This document shows, in pieces, positions 59,816 through 64,000 of a DNA stretch of 64,000 bases. The position numbers and the translations under genes are program-made. Every line of letters begins with the position of its first letter. Positions within the stretch are counted from its first letter, which is position 1. The notes below the pieces were generated by a model. It was not told the DNA's origin. It did no database searches and saw only the letters and a list, made by a program, of their open reading frames with translations. This stretch comes from Isurus oxyrinchus (Eukaryota). Where the stretch lies: contig JANJGN010000102.1 in assembly GCA_026770705.1 (NCBI GenBank), positions 186,001 through 250,000 on the forward strand, given 5' to 3'.

Positions 59816-62570
59816 GTAATTGGGTTTATTGACCCTCCCTCACTTTAACATTCTACCTGAGAGGTTTTGTCAAAGTACATTGGAGAGAAACTATATATAA
59901 CAGTCATTGGTTCAGTACTGGGAGAGTTGTCAGGAAAGAGTATGCTCCACCAGAAACAGTGATGGAAGCAGAATGCAAAATAGCTTCGAAAAAAGGAAAT
60001 GAGTTAAATTATAAGGAGGAAAGAGAAGCTTACAGGAAAAGAATAGGGGAATGGGACTAAGGAAAGAGCTCTTCCAGATGTGCTGAGCTGAATGGCCTCC
60101 TTCTGTCCTCCAGAATCTGGCCTGAATTTTTCTGTCGGTGAGTTGGGGGTGGGGCCTGCTCGCCAACGTGAAAATGACACGGGATGACGTCAAGCGGAAC
60201 CCCCGACATCATCCCGCTCCATTTTAATATTCAGGAAGGCAGGCGAACAGCGAAATCAGCTGTCCGCCTGCCGAACTGTTAATGGCCAATTGAGGCCATT
60301 GACAGGATAATTAAGACAATTAAAGGTCCTGCCCGTCCAACCTTAAGGCAGACAGGCAGGCCAGGAGCCCCAGCGGGCTTCTGAAAAAACATGAAACCTC
60401 ATCCACTGGCGGGATGAGGTTTCATGTCTGTTTTTAAGAAGTTTAATAAAGTTTTAGTCATATTTATTATCATGTCCCATCTTGTGTGACATTGTCACAT
60501 GAGGGGGACATGTTCATAATTTTTTTATTTTTCTATTTTTGATGTTTATAAAGCTTTCACCGATCTCCCTGAGACAGCACTTAGATGGGACATGTTAATT
60601 AAAAGCACAGAAAATTTATTAAACTTTTTAAAAACAGACATGAAACCTCACCCGCCAGTGGATGAGGTTTCATGCTTTTTCAGAAGCCCGCTGGGGCTCC
60701 TGGTCTGTCTGCCAACCTTAAGGGCAAGACCCTTAATTGGGTTAACTACCCTGTCAATGGCCTCAATTGGCCATTGACAGGTCGGCAGGCGGACTGCTGA
60801 TTTCGCTGTCCGCCCGCCTTCCTGAATATTTAAATGAAGCGGGATGACGTCACTCCCGCATCCCCGACATCATCCCACGTCGGTGAGCAGGCCCCGCCCC
60901 TAACTTGCCGACGGAAAAATTCTGGCCTTAGTCTCAGGGAGGTGTGCTCTTTCATGCGCATGCATGAAACAGCGCACTTTGAGAGTTGGGGAATCCCTCC
61001 CCCCCCGCACAGGAAGCGCATAGCGCTTCCCATCGGGCAGGCTGCTGGGCGGGCCTTAATTGGCCACCCTCTCAAAATGGCGACAGGGTCCGCTTCGGTG
61101 GCGGTGATTGGCTGCCCGCCCGTTGCTGAGCCGGTGGGGCCCGCCAACCCATCAAGGGCAAAATTCTGTCCTCTATATCTGATTATTCTATCAGGGCCCT
61201 CCAGGCCACTCTACTGCTAAATTGATATGCACCATACCCACTTTATGCCCGAGGACTGTCAGAGTGCCTGTTAATTATTATTAATTAATTTTAAGTAGTG
61301 ATTGAGTATTTAATTGTGTTCAGATGGAGATTCACTGCTGCTCATACTTTTTTTCATCCATTCTTTGGATGTGGGCATCGCTGGCTAGGCCAGCATTTGT
61401 TGCCCATCCCTAATTGCCCTTGAGAAGCTGGTGGTGAGTTACCTTCTTGAACCTCTGCAGTCCNNNNNNNNNNNNNNNNNNNNNNNNNNNNNNNNNNNNN
61501 NNNNNNNNNNNNNNNNNNNNNNNNNNNNNNNNNNNNNNNNNNNNNNNNNNNNNNNNNNNNNNNNNNNNNNNNNNNNNNNNNNNNNNNNNNNNNNNNNNGT
61601 GTACACGTATGTATATGTGTGTATGCATACGTATGTGTGCATGTATGCGTGTGTATATATTTATGTANNNNNNNNNNNNNNNNNNNNNNNNNNNNNNNNN
61701 NNNNNNNNNNNNNNNNNNNNNNNNNNNNNNNNNNNNNNNNNNNNNNNNNNNNNNNNNNNNNNNNNNNNNNNNNNNNNNNNNNNNNNNNNNNNNNNNNNNN
61801 NNNNNNNNNNNNNNNNNTGCATGTCTGTAAATAAAAGCTTATGCAGCATGTAAGGATTAGCAACCGGCCTATTGTTCACCACCTGGCTTTCTGGAATAGA
61901 ACAAACCTACCAATTTCTATTGCACTAGGATCCTTCTTCTTAAAAAATATTGAACAACACTATGAATATCTCTCTCGCCCTCAGTAGCAATCCTATTGAG
62001 AGACACCCTTTGCGCCCACCCCACCCACTGAACCATCTCCCTTCTCTGGAAGCTGTACCACATGTACGGTGCTGAGTGGATGCTTTCACTGTACAGGACA
62101 GAAAGTGTGAATGAAATTACAGTCATGACTACAGTACATGGCATAATGCTACACTTGTATTATCTGATGAGCAGTACGTGGCACAGAAGATCCATGCCTC
62201 TGATTTAAAAACTACCGAGATCTGACCCTAATACAAGACCAGGGTAGAAGATAGTCGTTTTTTTATATCCATTTCTGTGATCTGTTGTGTTTTTCAGATC
62301 TGCATATTTTCCACGTGCAGTCTGAATGCATCTATCATGATAATAAACCAGCCAATTTTTCTTGGCAAGATGGTTATGATGGCATTACGATTTTGTACTA
62401 CGATTTCACTAATAAAACATTTGTTGCGGTTCAGTCTATTGCACAAACTGAGGTGGATAGGCGGAATTCAAACACGGATTATGTTGCATCAGTTCCACGC
62501 CGTATCCAGAGTCTCTGTAACAAGATTAAACAAACAGCTATAACAAGCAACCTCACCATGGAAAAAATGG
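59734..62570 (+). CDS. WB: MHC W-category beta-chain (WB)-like gene, 5' part: join(59734-59815, 62298-62570); continues beyond the window
   Basis: Signal-peptide exon and beta1 exon, both phase 1, with canonical splice sites and no lesions. Confidence 0.85.
60119..61171. mobile_element. MITE-like element interrupted by an inverted partial copy of its own family (60584-60927)
   Basis: TIRs ggcctgaatttt ... aaaattctgtcc; tta is duplicated at 60581-60583 and 60928-60930 relative to the uninterrupted copy at 49451-50076. Confidence 0.85.
61464..61817. other. Two assembly gaps (61464-61598 and 61668-61817) around a (TG/TA) simple repeat
   Basis: N runs in WB intron 1. Confidence 0.98.
62298..62570 (+). 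CDS. WB: WB beta1 domain exon (273 nt)
   Basis: DLHIFHVQSECIYHDNKPANFSWQDGYDGITILYYDFTNKTFVAVQSIAQTEVDRRNSNTDYVASVPRRIQSLCNKIKQTAITSNLTMEKM; conserved Cys pair; tgtgtttttcag| ... |gtaaga. Confidence 0.9.
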
Positions 62571-62871
62571 GTAAGATACTTCATAAAACTAGCAGTTTAC
62601 ATTTAAACAAATGTCTCAAAGCACTATGCCCAGAGAGAGGGGCGGAAGTGAGAGAGAGATAGTGAAGATAGAATAGAAAAGTGGTTAAAGAGGTAGGTTT
62701 TGGAGAATGACATGGCAGGCCAGAGGGTTTGGGAAGAAAACGCTAGAAAAATACGGACATGACAATGGAATGATGAGCCACTAATGGTGGAACAGATGGA
62801 AATGAGGGCAAACAATAGTTCAGGCTCGGAGCTCTCAGCAGGACTGTGGGGATGAACCTGAACAAAATTCC

Positions 62872-63075
62872 TCCATCCCGTCAAACACACCCAGGGCAGG
62901 TACAGCACGGGGTTAGATACAGAGTAAAGCTCCCTCTACACCGTCCCCATCAAACACACCCAGGGCAGGTACTGCACAGGGTTAGATACAGAGTAAAGCT
63001 CCCTCTACACTGTCCCCATCAAACACTCCCAGGACAGGTACAGCATGCAGTTAGATACAGAGTAAAGCTCCCCCT
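62872..63075. repeat. 69-bp repeat, ~3 copies (same family as 22229-23870)
   Basis: Same unit sequence, located in WB intron 2. Confidence 0.92.
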
Positions 63076-64000
63076 GGATCCTGCTGGATAGGCCAGCCTT
63101 ATTTGCCTTGTTCAGAAGGCATTTTAAGAGTCAACCACATTACTGTGGGTCTGGAGTCACATGTAGGCCAGACAAGGTAAGGGCAGCAGATTTTCTGAGT
63201 GAACCAGATGGGCTTTTACAACAATTGACAATGGTTTCATGGTCATTATCAGACTTTTAATTCCAGATTTTTATTGAATTCAAATTTCACCATTTGCCAG
63301 GTCCCCAGAGCATTACCCTGGGTCTCTGGAATATTAGCCCAGTGATAATACCACTATGCCACCACATCCCTCCTGTCCACAGTAAGTACACAATCCATGT
63401 AAACCTATACCACATTCTGAAACCAAGTGACAGATGCCACCTCAACCAGATGGTATGGATCTCTCCTCAACTCTCCCCAGATGCTTGTCACACTGAGCCA
63501 ACCAGTCTCACTGCACTCCGCCTTTCACACGAGGGTTTCCAATCTCCACTCTTCAAGGGCTCGCTTTGGAATCTTCTGCCAAATCCACGCTTTCTCTCAG
63601 ACTCCTTCCACAAAGATTCACCTCCAGGGTTTTCGAACTCTCTTTCTGATGTTCCTCTGCCCTGGGTTGCCACATGCATCCAAGTTGTCTTCTACACACT
63701 CTCTCTCAATGACTCAGTTGTCAACACTACCACTGCTTAACATGCCCATAGCAAAGAGGTACAGATCTTCAGTTGTCTCTTTAGACATTCTTGCCTCTTG
63801 CAAGCTGTTCTAACTTTAAACCTACTTTCTGCAGTTTTTGTCTCTATAAATTTGAAGTTTGGAGCCTTTCTGCCCTTCACTCTTAACTTCATTAACAGGA
63901 AATTTTCCAGGTTCCTGTCCTTCCTTTGACTTCTTTGGAATTTCCCCTCTTCCACTCCCCTGGATTCTTTGGGTTTTCTTTGTCATGGGACTTGCTATCT

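Noticed and set aside
61354-61882. ORFs containing X runs
   Set aside because: Artefacts of assembly gaps.

Overview
Eukaryotic, repeat-rich vertebrate DNA. The L2/CR1/Penelope/SINE repeat types and the gene content point to a cartilaginous fish (shark), but the species cannot be determined from sequence alone. Three genes were assembled by hand from splice sites and phases. (1) A complete minus-strand FTSJ1 (TRM7-family tRNA 2'-O-methyltransferase) with 10 coding exons at 28375->1574, 353 aa, whose introns are inflated by minisatellites, including a ~12.7 kb array that grew inside an L2 LINE. (2, 3) A head-to-head pair of MHC genes about 29 kb upstream of the FTSJ1 start codon, with start codons 2.15 kb apart. 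The minus-strand gene is an alpha-type chain (leader, Cys-free alpha1, and an Ig-C1 domain with beta2-microglobulin-like residues including D-W-x-F). The plus-strand gene is a beta-type chain (leader and a beta1 domain with a class-I-alpha2-like GYDG motif) that runs out of the window. A class II architecture with class I-type interface residues matches the W-category MHC (WA/WB). The WA copy looks disabled: it has an in-frame TAA in the leader exon, TG instead of AG at the alpha2 acceptor, and no intact TM exon, with an apparent deletion junction just downstream of alpha2. The visible WB exons are intact. Between FTSJ1 and WA lie a near-intact Penelope element, a Gypsy-type LTR element with both LTRs and a TSD, a second LTR element, MITEs and many CR1/L2/SINE fragments. 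Most long ORFs in the supplied track are artefacts of tandem repeats.
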